A DNA stretch of 64,000 nt from Comamonas sp. SCN 65-56 (GCF_001724135.1 NZ_MEDS01000003.1:35140-99139), one strand, 5' to 3'; numbered from the stretch's first letter, positions 21,691 to 32,442 are shown. The notes: generated by a model from the sequence alone, not told the origin. Made by a program: numbers and translations.

Positions 21691-22446
21691 TTATTTGACG
21701 TCTTTCCAGTACGCGGCATTCAGGCGCCACGCGATCAGGATGAAGAGGGCAATGAACATCAGCACCCAGACGCCCACGCGCACGCGCGTACGCTGCGCCG
21801 GCTCGCCCATCCACTGAAGATAGTTGACCAGATCGCCAACCGTCTGGTCGTACTGAAGATTCGTTTGCGTTCCTGGCGTCAGCTGGCTCCAGCCCTTGAA
21901 GGCATGCACCTTTTCACCATGGGATTCGACTTCTTCATAAACGGGGCTGCGCTCGCCCTGCAGCTCCCACAGCACATGCGGCATGCCGACGCTGGGAAAA
22001 ACCATGTTGTTCCAGCCCGTCGCCTTGGTGTCGTCCCGATAGAAGGTGCGCAGGAAGGTATAGAGGTAATCGGCGCCCGAACCGCCATTGCCGGCACGCG
22101 AGCGTGCAATGACGGTCAAATCCGGCGGATTGCCGCCAAACCAGTCCTTGGCTTCCTTGGGGTTGATTGCCGCCACCATGGTGTCGCCCACCTTTTCGGT
22201 GGTGATCAGGAGGTTGTCCTTGATCTGCTGCTCGGTCAGGCCAATGTCGGTCAACCGGTTGTAGCGCATGTAAGCCGCCGAATGGCAGCTCAGGCAATAG
22301 TTGACGAAGGTGCGGGCGCCGCGCTGCAGCGAAGCATTGTCCGTGAGATTCACCGGCGCCTTGTCGAGCGGAAACCCGCCCGTGGACGCCTGGACACCCG
22401 CAGCCAGGCCGAGGGTAGTGATCAATGCAAGAATGAATTTTTTCAT
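21691..22446 (-). CDS. petC: cytochrome c1 of the bc1 complex
   Basis: 251 aa; signal peptide, CLSCHS haem motif, C-terminal TM anchor. Confidence 0.93.
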   Translation of the reverse strand: MKKFILALITTLGLAAGVQASTGGFPLDKAPVNLTDNASLQRGARTFVNYCLSCHSAAYMRYNRLTDIGLTEQQIKDNLLITTEKVGDTMVAAINPKEAKDWFGGNPPDLTVIARSRAGNGGSGADYLYTFLRTFYRDDTKATGWNNMVFPSVGMPHVLWELQGERSPVYEEVESHGEKVHAFKGWSQLTPGTQTNLQYDQTVGDLVNYLQWMGEPAQRTRVRVGVWVLMFIALFILIAWRLNAAYWKDVK

Positions 22447-22461
22447 TGTCTTTTCTCCGGC

Positions 22462-23883
22462 TCAGTGCGCAACAAAGGTAATGCGCTCAGGCACTGGCTT
22501 GGATTCGCCCAGGCGACTCCACCACGGCATCAGCAGGAAGAAACCAAAGTAGAAGAGCGTCCCCACCTGCGACACACGCTCTCCCAGCGGGAACGGCGCC
22601 AGCATTCCGAGGTAGCCCAGAATGAAGAACATGATGACGAAGATCACGTACAACCACTTGTGCCAGCCGGGACGATAACGAATGGAACGCGCGGGGCTGC
22701 AATCGAGCCAAGGCAGGAAGAACAGGATGACCACAGCGGCACCCATCGTGACCACACCCCAGAATTTGGCATCGATGGTCAGCATCAGTGCGATCACGAT
22801 CACACCGGCCACCGCCACGACGGCCTTGAGCAACCCGGCCAGCTTGGACTTGAACACGCCGTACCCCACCCCCAGCACCACGCAGGCGATGAGCGCGTAC
22901 ATCATCTCGCTGGTCACGGCGCGCAGCATCGAATAGAACGGCGTGAAGTACCAGACCGGCGCGATGTGCGAAGGCGTCTTCAGCGGGTCGGCCGGAATGA
23001 AATTGTTGGCCTCAAGGAAGTAGCCTCCCATCTCCGGGGCCAGGAACACAATGGCGGAGAAAACAAACAGGAACAACCCGACGCCAAGGATGTCGTGCAC
23101 CGTGTAATACGGATGGAAAGGCACGCCATCGACCGGATGCCCATGGGCATCCAGCGGCTTGCCCGGGCCCTTGATTTCGACGCCGTCGGGGTTGTTGGAG
23201 CCCACGTCATGCAGCGCCAGCAAGTGCGCCACCACCAGGCCCAGCAGCACCAGCGGCACGGCGATCACGTGAAAGCTGAAGAAGCGGTTCAGCGTCGCGT
23301 CGCCCACCACATAGTCGCCACGGATGAAGATGGACAGATCCGGGCCGATGAACGGGATGGCGGAGAACAGGTTCACGATCACCTGCGCACCCCAGTACGA
23401 CATCTGGCCCCAGGGCAGCAGGTAGCCCATGAAGGCCTCGCCCATCAGCGCCAAAAAGATCGCGCAGCCAAACAGCCAGACCAACTCACGCGGCTTGCGG
23501 TAGCTGCCATACAGCAGCCCCCGGAACATGTGCAGGTACACCACCACGAAGAAGGCCGAGGCGCCCGTGGAGTGCATGTAGCGGATCAGCCAGCCCCAAG
23601 GCACGTCGCGCATGATGTACTCGACCGATTCGAAGGCCTTGGCGGCGTCGGGCTTGTAGTGCATCACCAGGAAGATGCCGGTGACGATCTGGATCACCAG
23701 CACCAGCAGCGCCAGCGAGCCGAAGATGTACCAGAAGTTGAAGTTCTTCGGAGCGTAGTACTCCGACATGTGCACCTTGTAGGCGTCGAACGCGGTTGGA
23801 AAACGGTTTTCCAGCCAGTTCATGGTCTTCGCCGTCATCGAGGCGTTGGGCGAGATTTGCTTGAATTCGCGGTAGGCAGCCAT
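22462..23883 (-). CDS. petB: cytochrome b of the bc1 complex
   Basis: Start at MAAYREFKQ; canonical cytochrome b helices and His ligands; listed ORF extends to 23919. Confidence 0.95.
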   Translation of the reverse strand: MAAYREFKQISPNASMTAKTMNWLENRFPTAFDAYKVHMSEYYAPKNFNFWYIFGSLALLVLVIQIVTGIFLVMHYKPDAAKAFESVEYIMRDVPWGWLIRYMHSTGASAFFVVVYLHMFRGLLYGSYRKPRELVWLFGCAIFLALMGEAFMGYLLPWGQMSYWGAQVIVNLFSAIPFIGPDLSIFIRGDYVVGDATLNRFFSFHVIAVPLVLLGLVVAHLLALHDVGSNNPDGVEIKGPGKPLDAHGHPVDGVPFHPYYTVHDILGVGLFLFVFSAIVFLAPEMGGYFLEANNFIPADPLKTPSHIAPVWYFTPFYSMLRAVTSEMMYALIACVVLGVGYGVFKSKLAGLLKAVVAVAGVIVIALMLTIDAKFWGVVTMGAAVVILFFLPWLDCSPARSIRYRPGWHKWLYVIFVIMFFILGYLGMLAPFPLGERVSQVGTLFYFGFFLLMPWWSRLGESKPVPERITFVAH

Positions 23884-23893
23884 GTGTATCCCC

Positions 23894-24496
23894 TCAAGCC
23901 TTCTTCGTATCGTCACCAATCAGGAGCTTGGTATCCGACAGGTACTGATGCGGAGGCACCGGCAGATTGTCCGGCGACGGCTTGTTCTTGAAGACACGAC
24001 CAGCCAGATCGAACGTGGAACCGTGGCACGGGCACAACCACCCGCCCGGCCAGTCATTGGGCAGCGAGGGCTGCGCGCCGGTGGCGAATTTGTCCGTCGG
24101 CGAGCACCCCAAATGCGGGCAGATGCCGATCACCACCAGAATCTCGGGCTTGATGGAACGCCATTCATTGCGCGCATAGGGCGGCGTGAATTCTTCTGGA
24201 TGGCGCTTGGATTCCGGATCGGCCAATTCGCCATCGTGCTTGGGCAACGCATCAACCTCGGCTTTCGTGCGCTTGACGATCCACACCGGCTTGCCACGCC
24301 ACTCAACGGTGAGTTTCTCACCCTCCTTGAGGGCCGAAATATCGACCTCGACCGCAGCACCGGCGGCCTTGGCCTTCTCTGAAGGCTCAAAACTGCTGAC
24401 GAAAGGAACGGCGGTGGCCACGCCACCCACCGCGCCAGCGCAACTGGTTGCAATCAGCCAAGTGCGCTTGCTGGAGTCGATCGGAGTTTCACTCAT
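23894..24496 (-). CDS. petA: ubiquinol-cytochrome c reductase Rieske iron-sulfur subunit
   Basis: Start at MSETPIDSSKRTWL; Rieske boxes CPHLGC and CPCHGS. Confidence 0.95.
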   Translation of the reverse strand: MSETPIDSSKRTWLIATSCAGAVGGVATAVPFVSSFEPSEKAKAAGAAVEVDISALKEGEKLTVEWRGKPVWIVKRTKAEVDALPKHDGELADPESKRHPEEFTPPYARNEWRSIKPEILVVIGICPHLGCSPTDKFATGAQPSLPNDWPGGWLCPCHGSTFDLAGRVFKNKPSPDNLPVPPHQYLSDTKLLIGDDTKKA

Positions 24497-24650
24497 GGGA
24501 TTCCTTGCTATACATCGACCTGTGTGCATCAATCTGCGTGCCGGTCAACCGTAAATTGTAGCGGACGCTGCTAGCGCCTCGTCCGCCGTCAAAGATGCAA
24601 AGTCGCGCGATACTTCGACCCCTCTCAATCACCACAAGGAGTCACTCACC

Positions 24651-25073
24651 ATGAGCATGATGCAGGAATTCAAGGAATTTGCGGTCAAGGGCAACGCGAT
24701 TGATCTCGCCGTAGGCGTCATTGTCGGTGCTGCCTTCGGCAAAATTGTGGATTCGATCGTCGGCGACCTGATCATGCCGCTGGTAGGCAAGGCCACAGGC
24801 GGGCTGGACTTCTCCAACTACTACATTGCCCTGGCCGGGCAGGCCGCCGGCCTGACGCTGGAAGAAGCCAAGAAGGGCGGTGCCGTCTTCGCCTATGGCA
24901 ACTTCATCACCATACTGGTGAATTTCATCATCCTCGCGTTCATCATTTTCATGATGGTCAAGCAAATCAACCGGCTCAAGAAGGAAACGCCCGCAGCACC
25001 TGCGGAGCCCGCTCCGACCCCGGAAGACGTTGTGCTGCTGCGCGAAATCCGGGACAGCTTGAAGAAAAATTGA
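24651..25073 (+). CDS. mscL: large-conductance mechanosensitive channel
   Basis: 140 aa; [33 protein letters not shown]. Confidence 0.95.
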   Translation: MSMMQEFKEFAVKGNAIDLAVGVIVGAAFGKIVDSIVGDLIMPLVGKATGGLDFSNYYIALAGQAAGLTLEEAKKGGAVFAYGNFITILVNFIILAFIIFMMVKQINRLKKETPAAPAEPAPTPEDVVLLREIRDSLKKN

Positions 25074-25103
25074 GCGCCGGGCGCCGGGCCTTGCGACCGG
25101 CGT

Positions 25104-26141
25104 TCAGGGCCGGGCACTCAGCGCCTTGGCCATGCGCACCGCCTCAATCAGGCTGCCGGCATCTGCAACTCCCTTGCCGGCGATATCAAAGGCGGTGCCG
25201 TGATCGGGGCTGGTGCGCACCAGCGGCAATCCCAATGTGACGTTCACGCCGCGATCTACGCCCAGATACTTGACCGGAATCAAGCCCTGGTCGTGGTACA
25301 TCGCCACCACCACGTCAAACTCACCCTGCCGGCCCGCGGAACGGCGTGCGCGCATGAACACGGTGTCTGGCGCAAAAGGGCCGCAAGCGTCCACTCCTCT
25401 TGCCCTGACCGCTTCAATTGCAGGAGCAATCACGTCGATCTCTTCACGCCCAAACAATCCCCCCTCCCCCGCATGCGGGTTCAGGCCGGCAACGCCGATG
25501 CGCGGTGCGCAACCCAGGCTTTTGCTCAGCGCCGCGTGCGTGATCTCCAACGTCTGCCGCACGTTGTCCCGGGTGACGGCGGCGATTGCGTCACGCAAGG
25601 ACACGTGGATGCTGACCAGCACGGTGCGCAGCTCCTCATTGGCCAGCATCATGCGCACCGGCATCTGCGCCAGGGCGACACCGGCGTGACGCGCTGCCTC
25701 GGCCTGCAGCAGCTCGGTATGGCCGGGAAACTGCACGCCCGCCGCGGCCAAGGCCTCCTTGTGCAGCGGCGCCGTCACCAGCGCCGCCACCTCGCCGGCC
25801 AATGCGGCGCGAGCCGCCCAGGTCACGCAAGCAGCCGCATCCCGCCCCGCCGCGGCGCTCATCTGCCCCCAAGGGGCGGGGCCGGCAAGGCCGGGCAGTT
25901 GCCAGACCGGCAGGCAGCGCGGCGGCATGTCGGCCACCTCCGCCAGGTTGTCGAGCTGCACCAATGGTAGGCTGGGCTCGCCCGGCCCTTCAATGCACGC
26001 GGCCGCGCGGCGCAGCGTGGCCACGTCGCCCACGGCGAAGCAGCCGCGCAACAGATCTGGAGCGTCACGAAACGCCTGTGCGACGATTTCCGGGCCGATT
26101 CCCGCCGGATCGCCCTGAGTGATGGCCAAGGGTCTTGGCAT
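25104..26141 (-). CDS. pdxA: 4-hydroxythreonine-4-phosphate dehydrogenase
   Basis: Start at MPRPLAITQGDPAGIGPE (listed ORF extends to 26156 into a repeat copy); HAGEGG, DHGTAFD motifs. Confidence 0.9.
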   Translation of the reverse strand: MPRPLAITQGDPAGIGPEIVAQAFRDAPDLLRGCFAVGDVATLRRAAACIEGPGEPSLPLVQLDNLAEVADMPPRCLPVWQLPGLAGPAPWGQMSAAAGRDAAACVTWAARAALAGEVAALVTAPLHKEALAAAGVQFPGHTELLQAEAARHAGVALAQMPVRMMLANEELRTVLVSIHVSLRDAIAAVTRDNVRQTLEITHAALSKSLGCAPRIGVAGLNPHAGEGGLFGREEIDVIAPAIEAVRARGVDACGPFAPDTVFMRARRSAGRQGEFDVVVAMYHDQGLIPVKYLGVDRGVNVTLGLPLVRTSPDHGTAFDIAGKGVADAGSLIEAVRMAKALSARP

Positions 26142-26154
26142 GTGCATGAATTCC

Positions 26155-26205
26155 ATTCAAATCGCCATCAAACGCTTATGGTACAAGCGCAAAAAGCTAT
26201 GAAAA
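26155..26205 (+). repeat. dispersed intergenic repeat, family 1 (copy d)
   Basis: attcaaatcgccatcaaacgcttatggtacaagcgcaaaaagctatgaaaa between pdxA start and the Nif3-like stop. Confidence 0.75.
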
Positions 26206-26958
26206 TTATGCGGGATTGTCGATCTCGATGAACCGATGTTCCAAGCCCAGTTGCGCAGCCACATGGCCCGCCAACGCTGGCGCGCCATAGCGCTCGGTGG
26301 CATGGTGGCCGGCGGCGATGAAGGCCACGCCGGTCTCGCGTGCCAGGTGGGCCTGGGGCTCGGAGATCTCACCGGTAAGGAAAGCATCCGCACCGGCGGC
26401 AATCGCGCTTTCGAAATACTCTTGCGCGCCGCCTGAGCACCAGGCCACACGGCGAATCGGCCGCGCCGGCTCGGGCGCTACCAGCGTGGCGCTGCGCCCA
26501 AGCACCGTTTGGACATGCTCTGTCAACCGACGCGCATCGGCAAACGCCGCCTGCGCGGCAAAGCCCAGTTCCTGCTCGCCAAAATGCGCATCAGCCCGCC
26601 AACCCAGGCGCAAGCCGAGCTGCGCGTTGTTGCCCAGCTCTGGATGGGCATCGAGCGGCAAGTGGTAGGCAAACAGGTTGATGTCGTGGGCCAGGAGGCG
26701 CTGCAGGCGCTCTTTCATCCAGCCGACGACGCGGCCATCCTGGCCGCGCCAGAACAGTCCGTGGTGCACGAACAAGGCGTCGGCGCGCGCGGCGATCGCC
26801 GCGTCGATCAACGCCCGGCTCGCCGTGACGCCGCTCACGATGCGCTCGATGCGCGCCTTGCCCTGCACCTGCAAGCCGTTGGGCCCGTAGTCCTTGAAGC
26901 GCGCGGGCTGCAACAGTGCGTCAAAGTGCTGCAACAGTTCCTGTCGATCGATGCTCAT
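26206..26958 (-). CDS. Nif3-like dinuclear metal centre protein (YbgI family)
   Basis: 250 aa; Nif3/YbgI family similarity (VHHGLFW, YHLPLDAHPELGNN, GHHATE). Confidence 0.85.
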   Translation of the reverse strand: MSIDRQELLQHFDALLQPARFKDYGPNGLQVQGKARIERIVSGVTASRALIDAAIAARADALFVHHGLFWRGQDGRVVGWMKERLQRLLAHDINLFAYHLPLDAHPELGNNAQLGLRLGWRADAHFGEQELGFAAQAAFADARRLTEHVQTVLGRSATLVAPEPARPIRRVAWCSGGAQEYFESAIAAGADAFLTGEISEPQAHLARETGVAFIAAGHHATERYGAPALAGHVAAQLGLEHRFIEIDNPA

Positions 26959-27017
26959 GCGGGCATTGTGCCCCCGGAAACACGCGACAATGCGGGTTTG
27001 AAATACCGGCTTGCTCG

Positions 27018-28154
27018 ATGAAGCGTTTGTGGCTCCTTTTTTCCCAGGCCGTTACGGTCTGTGTGGCCGTCTGGTTTGTCATTGCCACACTGCAACCGAC
27101 CTGGCTGGGGCGCGGCGTGGTGCGCCAGTCGGGCGGCATCACCTTGCACGAAGCGCCGAAAGAGCCCCATGCCGCACAGGCAACGGCGCCCGGCAGCTTC
27201 AGCCCCGCTGCACGCAAAGCATCGCCGGGCGTGGTCAGCATCATGACCAGCAAGGAAGTGCGCAATCCATTCAACGGCGACCCCTTGTTCCAGCGCCTGT
27301 TCGGCAATCAAACACAAACCGGGCTGGGCAGCGGCGTCATCGTGAGTCCGGACGGTTACATCCTGACCAACAACCACGTGGTGGAAGGCGCGGACGAAAT
27401 TCAAGTGGCGCTCGCCGACAGTCGCCACACCCAGGCACGCGTCATCGGCACGGACCCAGAGACCGACCTTGCCATTCTCAAGATCAACCTCGAGAACCTG
27501 CCCGTGATGGTGCTGGGCAATTCGGACACGCTGGCGGTTGGCGACCGCGTGCTGGCGATCGGCAACCCGTTCGGCGTCGGACAGACGGTCACCAGCGGCA
27601 TCGTCTCGGCGCTTGGGCGCAGCGAGCTGGGCATCAACACCTTTGAGAACTTCATCCAGACCGATGCCGCCATCAACCCCGGCAATTCGGGCGGAGCGCT
27701 AGTGGATGTGAACGGCAACCTGATGGGGATCAACACCGCCATCTATTCGCGCTCGGGCGGAAGCATGGGCATAGGCTTTGCCATTCCGGTCTCCACCGCC
27801 AAGCAGGTGCTGGAAGGCATCGTGCGCGATGGCCAGGTGACGCGCGGCTGGATCGGCGTCGAACCCAACGAGCTCTCACCCGAACTGGCACAAACCTTCG
27901 GCGTGCGCGCGACCGAGGGGGTGATCATCACCGGTGTGCTGCACAGCGGACCAGCGGCACAGGCCGGCATCCTGCCCGGCGATGTGATCGAGCAGGTGGG
28001 TGGCCAGCCAGTGCGCTCGGTGCCGCAGCTGCTGTCGCTGGTGGCCGGGCTCAAGCCAGGCACAGCGGTGCAATTTCAGGTGCAGCGCGCGGACCGCCAG
28101 CTGCAGCTGGCCGTCACACCAACCAAACGGCCGCGCCAGCTTTCGCGCCGCTGA
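27018..28154 (+). CDS. S1C serine endoprotease, DegS/AlgW-like (one PDZ domain)
   Basis: Start at MKRLWLLFSQAVTV (TM anchor); catalytic contexts TNNHVVEGAD, DLAILK, GNSGGAL; single C-terminal PDZ. Confidence 0.88.
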   Translation: MKRLWLLFSQAVTVCVAVWFVIATLQPTWLGRGVVRQSGGITLHEAPKEPHAAQATAPGSFSPAARKASPGVVSIMTSKEVRNPFNGDPLFQRLFGNQTQTGLGSGVIVSPDGYILTNNHVVEGADEIQVALADSRHTQARVIGTDPETDLAILKINLENLPVMVLGNSDTLAVGDRVLAIGNPFGVGQTVTSGIVSALGRSELGINTFENFIQTDAAINPGNSGGALVDVNGNLMGINTAIYSRSGGSMGIGFAIPVSTAKQVLEGIVRDGQVTRGWIGVEPNELSPELAQTFGVRATEGVIITGVLHSGPAAQAGILPGDVIEQVGGQPVRSVPQLLSLVAGLKPGTAVQFQVQRADRQLQLAVTPTKRPRQLSRR

Positions 28155-28173
28155 GACGCGCAAGCGCGCGACT

Positions 28174-28974
28174 TCACGTCGTCGATTCCGGGCTCTTGTC
28201 GGCGTCGGGCTCTTCTTTGGGGTGGGTGCGCACGAACAGCTGCGCCGCCCAGATGCCGAGCTCGTACAACAGACACATGGGAATCGCCAGCGCCAACTGC
28301 GAGACGACATCCGGCGGCGTGATGATGGCCGCAATGATGAAGGACGCGACCACGAAATAGCCGCGTGCGTGCTTGAGCTTTTCGACGCTGATCACGCCCA
28401 AGCGCACCAGAACCACCACGGCAATCGGCACTTCAAAGGCCACACCGAACGCCAGGAACATCGTCAGGACGAAACCCAGGTAGGCCTCGATATCCGGCGC
28501 CGCCGTGATGCTCTTGGGCGCAAAACTCTGGATGAAGGCAAACACCCGGCCAAACACGAAGTAGTAGCAGAACGCCACTCCGATGAAAAACAGGATGGTG
28601 CTGGAGACCACCAGCGGCAACACCATCTTCTTTTCGTTGGAATAGAGCCCCGGAGCCACGAACGCCCAGATCTGGTAGAGCACCACCGGCAGCGCCACCA
28701 AAAAGGCCGCCATCAGCAGAATCTTGAGCGGCACCATGAACGGTGAAATCACCGAGGTGGCGATCATCGTCGCGCCCTGCGGCAGGTGCGCCACCAGTGG
28801 CGCGGCCAGAAAGTCGTAGAGGGCACCCGGGCCGGGGTAGAGAAAGAGCACGCCCGCCACCACGCCCACTGCCAGCACCGCCTTGATCAGGCGGTCGCGC
28901 AGCTCCATCAGGTGCTCGACAAAGGGCTGCTCGGTGCCGGCGAGTTCGTCTTCGGGGTTGGGGGTCTGGGCCAT
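28174..28974 (-). CDS. tatC: twin-arginine translocase subunit TatC
   Basis: 266 aa, six-TM TatC family (FVEHLMELRDRL..). Confidence 0.95.
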   Translation of the reverse strand: MAQTPNPEDELAGTEQPFVEHLMELRDRLIKAVLAVGVVAGVLFLYPGPGALYDFLAAPLVAHLPQGATMIATSVISPFMVPLKILLMAAFLVALPVVLYQIWAFVAPGLYSNEKKMVLPLVVSSTILFFIGVAFCYYFVFGRVFAFIQSFAPKSITAAPDIEAYLGFVLTMFLAFGVAFEVPIAVVVLVRLGVISVEKLKHARGYFVVASFIIAAIITPPDVVSQLALAIPMCLLYELGIWAAQLFVRTHPKEEPDADKSPESTT

Positions 28975-29043
28975 GGGGTCTCAGGGGATGCGCGAGTGCG
29001 CACCAAAAACGTCAGGCACGCAAGCGAACGCGGCCCGACAAAA

Positions 29044-29529
29044 TCAATGGGGCTTGGGCGGGCGAAAGCGCGCCACCCGTGCCGCGCCCGACTGCACCCG
29101 CGCGCGCATGCCGGTACGTGCCTTGTACCAATGCGGCACGGCGCCACGCTTGGCACGCCAGTGCTTGTCCGGGCGCTTGTACGCAGGCACGATCAGCGCC
29201 AGGGCGGCAGGATCGTCGGGCAGCGGGTCAGCCGAAGCATCCGCGAGGCCGGCGGTGGCATCCTTCCAGTCTTTCTCGAAATCACTGGCGGTGGTGGCAA
29301 CGCTTTTTTCAACGTCGCGCGCGGCGTTCTCCACCGTGTCCTTCATCTTGCGCAGCTCATCGAGCTCCATGGAGCGGTTGACTTCCGCCTTGACGTCCGC
29401 CACATAGCGCTGCGCCTTGCCCAGCAGGGTCCCTACCGTGCGCGCCACGCGCGGCAATTTTTCGGGGCCGATGACGACAAGCGCCACCACCCCGATGAGC
29501 GCCATCTTGGACAGGCCGATATCGAGCAT
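29044..29529 (-). CDS. tatB: twin-arginine translocase subunit TatB
   Basis: 161 aa; [26 protein letters not shown]. Confidence 0.9.
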   Translation of the reverse strand: MLDIGLSKMALIGVVALVVIGPEKLPRVARTVGTLLGKAQRYVADVKAEVNRSMELDELRKMKDTVENAARDVEKSVATTASDFEKDWKDATAGLADASADPLPDDPAALALIVPAYKRPDKHWRAKRGAVPHWYKARTGMRARVQSGAARVARFRPPKPH

Positions 29530-29549
29530 CGCCGGTGATCCGTGGCGGC

Positions 29550-29795
29550 TCAGCTCTTTTGTCTGGCCTCGACGTCTATCGTGGTCTTCTCGGCGGCGGC
29601 CGCATTCGTGACCTGACCGGCAGGCGCAGCGGCGGCGCCGTCATCGCTGCTGGTGCCGCCTTCCTTCATGCCGTCCTTGAAACCCTTGACCGCACCGCCC
29701 AGATCGGACCCGATGTTCTTGAGTTTCTTGGTGCCGAAGACCATGACGACGATGAGCAGCACGATCAGCCAGTGCCAGATGGAAAACGAACCCAT
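29550..29795 (-). CDS. tatA: twin-arginine translocase subunit TatA
   Basis: 81 aa; [25 protein letters not shown]. Confidence 0.92.
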   Translation of the reverse strand: MGSFSIWHWLIVLLIVVMVFGTKKLKNIGSDLGGAVKGFKDGMKEGGTSSDDGAAAAPAGQVTNAAAAEKTTIDVEARQKS

Positions 29796-29855
29796 TGCAA
29801 AACTCCTGAGGTGAGACGATGATTCTAGGTCAAGCCCGGTGCGCGCGGCGCCACT

Positions 29856-30215
29856 TCAGGCCTTGAACCAGGGGCGCGAGCCACCCACGACGTGCAGGTG
29901 CAGGTGGTAGACCTCCTGCCCGCCCTCGGTGCCGGTATTGATCTGCAACCGGTAGCCGCCTGCCGGATACGGATTGCAGCCCTGTTCTTTCGCCAGTCTG
30001 GGCGCCAGCAGCAGCATGTGCGCCAGGAGTTTTTCATGCTGCGGCCCGGCCTGCTCCATCGATGGGATGTGCTCCTTTGGCACGATGAGAAAGTGCACCG
30101 GCGCCCATGGATGAATGTCCTTGAAGGCATACACCAACTCGTCTTCGTACACCTTTTGCGAAGGTATCTTGCCTTCGATGATCTTGCAGAAAATGCAATC
30201 GGGATCGTGGTTCAT
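29856..30215 (-). CDS. histidine triad (HIT) nucleotide-binding protein
   Basis: 119 aa; CIFCKI and HLHLHVVGG motifs. Confidence 0.9.
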   Translation of the reverse strand: MNHDPDCIFCKIIEGKIPSQKVYEDELVYAFKDIHPWAPVHFLIVPKEHIPSMEQAGPQHEKLLAHMLLLAPRLAKEQGCNPYPAGGYRLQINTGTEGGQEVYHLHLHVVGGSRPWFKA

Positions 30216-30237
30216 CGCATGTCTCCAGAAATTGCCG

Positions 30238-31263
30238 TCAGGCGTCGTCCGCCGATTTCACGCTGCAGCGCACACTCACATCGTGGCCGTGGGCGTGCAG
30301 CCAGCGCTGGCCCTCTTCGCGCCCCAGACCGAAGAGCTGGCGCAGGAAGACGAGGTCCGCACGCATCTTGCTGGCCGCGCCAAAGGGCGCAAGCGCCGCA
30401 CCGCCATCAATGCGGTGCACGCGCATGTCCTTGTAGCGCTTGGGATCGAGCTTGCCCTCCTGCAGCAGCCGGCGCACGAATTCGATGGCGCGCAGCTCGG
30501 CCAGCAGACTGGCGTTGAACGTGACTTCGTTCATCCGGTCCATGATGTCGCTGGCGTTGTCGGGCACGGCCTTGTGCTGCACCGGATTGATTTGCACCAG
30601 CAGCACATCGCTGGACTGCGTGCGGTAAATGAGCGGGTGCAGCGCCGGATTGCCGGAATAACCGCCGTCCCAGTAGTACTCGCCCGCGATCTGCACCGCC
30701 TGAAACATCATCGGCAAACAAGCCGACGCCATCACGGATTCCATGCACAAGCGCTTGCCGGCAAAGATTTCGCCCCGCCCGGTGCGCACATTGGTGGCGC
30801 AGACAAAGACCTTGGGCACATGCACAGCTTCACGCGCCAGCAGCTCGAAATCCACCGTGTCGCGCAGCAGCCCGCGCAAGGGGTTGATGCCCAGCGGGTT
30901 CGTCTGATAAGGGGAAAACCACTGCGTCATCAGGCTCGTCAGCGGATTGCCCTGCAGTGGCGCGCCCCACATGAGCGCCCCCAGCGCGCCGACGCCTTCC
31001 CAGAGCTTGCGCAGCGTCTCGCGCGCCAGCGCACAGCCGCTCGCATGGATTTCCTCGCGCTCCTTGTTCTGGCTTGCGGCCAGCGCAAAGCCGTGGGCGA
31101 GCGCCACGGCGTTCATCGCACCGGCGCTGGTGCCGCTGATGCCGTCCAGATCAAATTGTCCGTCCTCGAGCAGCGCATCCAGCACGCCCCAGGTAAACGC
31201 CCCGTGCGAGCCGCCGCCCTGCAGCGCGAGATTCAGTGGTCGCCTTGGCTTGCGCTCAGGCAT
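30238..31263 (-). CDS. patatin-like phospholipase
   Basis: GGGSHG oxyanion motif, GTSAG nucleophile elbow, DGG catalytic Asp motif; start ambiguous (31263 or 31278). Confidence 0.85.
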   Translation of the reverse strand: MPERKPRRPLNLALQGGGSHGAFTWGVLDALLEDGQFDLDGISGTSAGAMNAVALAHGFALAASQNKEREEIHASGCALARETLRKLWEGVGALGALMWGAPLQGNPLTSLMTQWFSPYQTNPLGINPLRGLLRDTVDFELLAREAVHVPKVFVCATNVRTGRGEIFAGKRLCMESVMASACLPMMFQAVQIAGEYYWDGGYSGNPALHPLIYRTQSSDVLLVQINPVQHKAVPDNASDIMDRMNEVTFNASLLAELRAIEFVRRLLQEGKLDPKRYKDMRVHRIDGGAALAPFGAASKMRADLVFLRQLFGLGREEGQRWLHAHGHDVSVRCSVKSADDA

Positions 31264-31642
31264 TGACCGCCTTGGCATCGTTCATCGCCACCATGCCGCG
31301 CACGATGCGATACAGGAACCAGATCGACACCACAGCCCAGGCCAACATGCCTGGCAGCACAAAGAAGAACCACAGCGGGCTCGTCACCAGGTACCAGAAG
31401 CCGGCCCACATCACGCTGCGGATGCGCCAGGAGAAATGGCTGGCCTGCCAGGTGCCCTCGGCGTCACCCTTCTTCACCAGGTCGATCACCAGCGCCAGCA
31501 GCAGCAGCGCCAAACTCGGCTGCGCACCCGGAACCACCGCGCCAATCGCCACGATCACGTGCAGCACATAGCTCACCCAACCCCAGGTCTTGAGGCCGTC
31601 GGCACGCGGGTCCGGCCCCACGTCGATGATGTCGTCGCTCAT
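31256..31642 (-). CDS. small integral membrane protein (about four TM helices), unknown function
   Basis: Start at MSDDIIDVGPD one nt after the hisE stop; listed ORF extends to 31705. Confidence 0.6.
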   Translation of the reverse strand: MSDDIIDVGPDPRADGLKTWGWVSYVLHVIVAIGAVVPGAQPSLALLLLALVIDLVKKGDAEGTWQASHFSWRIRSVMWAGFWYLVTSPLWFFFVLPGMLAWAVVSIWFLYRIVRGMVAMNDAKAVNA

Positions 31643-31643
31643 G

Positions 31644-32015
31644 TCAGCTCCCTTCCTCCTGCGCGCGCTGCGCCTGCTTGCGCAGCGCCTTTTCCTCGAG
31701 CCCACTCACGCCCTCACGCCGCTCCAGCTCTTGGACGATATCCGCGGGCGCAAGTTCGAAATACGCCAGCGTCACCATGCAGTGAAACCACAGGTCGGCC
31801 ATTTCATAGACCAGCTTGCTGCGGTCCGCGCCCTGCGCCACATCCTTGGCGGCCATCACCACCTCGGTCGCTTCCTCGCCCACTTTCTTCAGAAAGCCAT
31901 CCGGACCCTTGGCGAGCAGGCGCGCCACATAACTTTTGTCGGGGTCGCCGCCGTTGGCCGGCTTGCGGCTCTCGATCACGGCCGCAAGGCGTTCAAGTGC
32001 GTCGTTGCTTGTCAT
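31644..32015 (-). CDS. hisE: phosphoribosyl-ATP pyrophosphatase
   Basis: Start at [18 protein letters not shown]; [22 protein letters not shown]-type motifs. Confidence 0.9.
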   Translation of the reverse strand: MTSNDALERLAAVIESRKPANGGDPDKSYVARLLAKGPDGFLKKVGEEATEVVMAAKDVAQGADRSKLVYEMADLWFHCMVTLAYFELAPADIVQELERREGVSGLEEKALRKQAQRAQEEGS

Positions 32016-32020
32016 GGGTC

Positions 32021-32425
32021 TTATTTGTAGATGCTGGACGGGTCTTTCAAGACCGGATCGACGGCTTTCCACTCGCCACCTTCGAGCACGCTGAAAAAGC
32101 AGCTGTGCCGCCCGGTATGGCAGGCGATGCCGGGCTCATGCCCCATTTGCGTGACCTTGAGCAGCACCACATCCTGATCGCAATCGAGCCGGATTTCGTG
32201 CACCTGCTGCACATGGCCAGATTCCTCGCCTTTGTGCCACAGCCTGCCGCGCGAGCGGCTGAAGTACACCGCCTGGCCCGTGGCGGCGGTTTGCGCCAGC
32301 GCCTCGCGGTTCATCCAGGCCAGCATCAGCACATCGCCCGTGCCCACCTCCTGGGCAATCGCGGGCACCAGGCCTTGCGCGTCCCAGCGCACCCGGGCCA
32401 GCCAATCGGTATTCGAATCAGACAT
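32021..32425 (-). CDS. hisI: phosphoribosyl-AMP cyclohydrolase
   Basis: Start at [15 protein letters not shown]; [28 protein letters not shown] motifs. Confidence 0.92.
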   Translation of the reverse strand: MSDSNTDWLARVRWDAQGLVPAIAQEVGTGDVLMLAWMNREALAQTAATGQAVYFSRSRGRLWHKGEESGHVQQVHEIRLDCDQDVVLLKVTQMGHEPGIACHTGRHSCFFSVLEGGEWKAVDPVLKDPSSIYK

Positions 32426-32442
32426 ATTCACTACAAATACAG

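Noticed and set aside
21562-23991. 809-aa ORF on the plus strand
   Set aside because: It is antisense to petC and petB, and the bc1 genes on the minus strand are certain.
24561-24586. Hairpin gcggacg-N12-cgtccgc between petA and mscL
   Set aside because: It lies between divergent starts, so it is not a terminator. It is a 7-bp stem with no conservation information, so it is not called as a feature.
30238-31263. Patatin-like phospholipase as a possible CBASS (CapV-type) defence effector
   Set aside because: No cyclic-oligonucleotide synthase, E1/E2/JAB or other CBASS genes are nearby. The gene sits in a conserved housekeeping context (hisE, membrane protein, patatin, HIT, tatABC), so it is more likely an RssA-type lipase.
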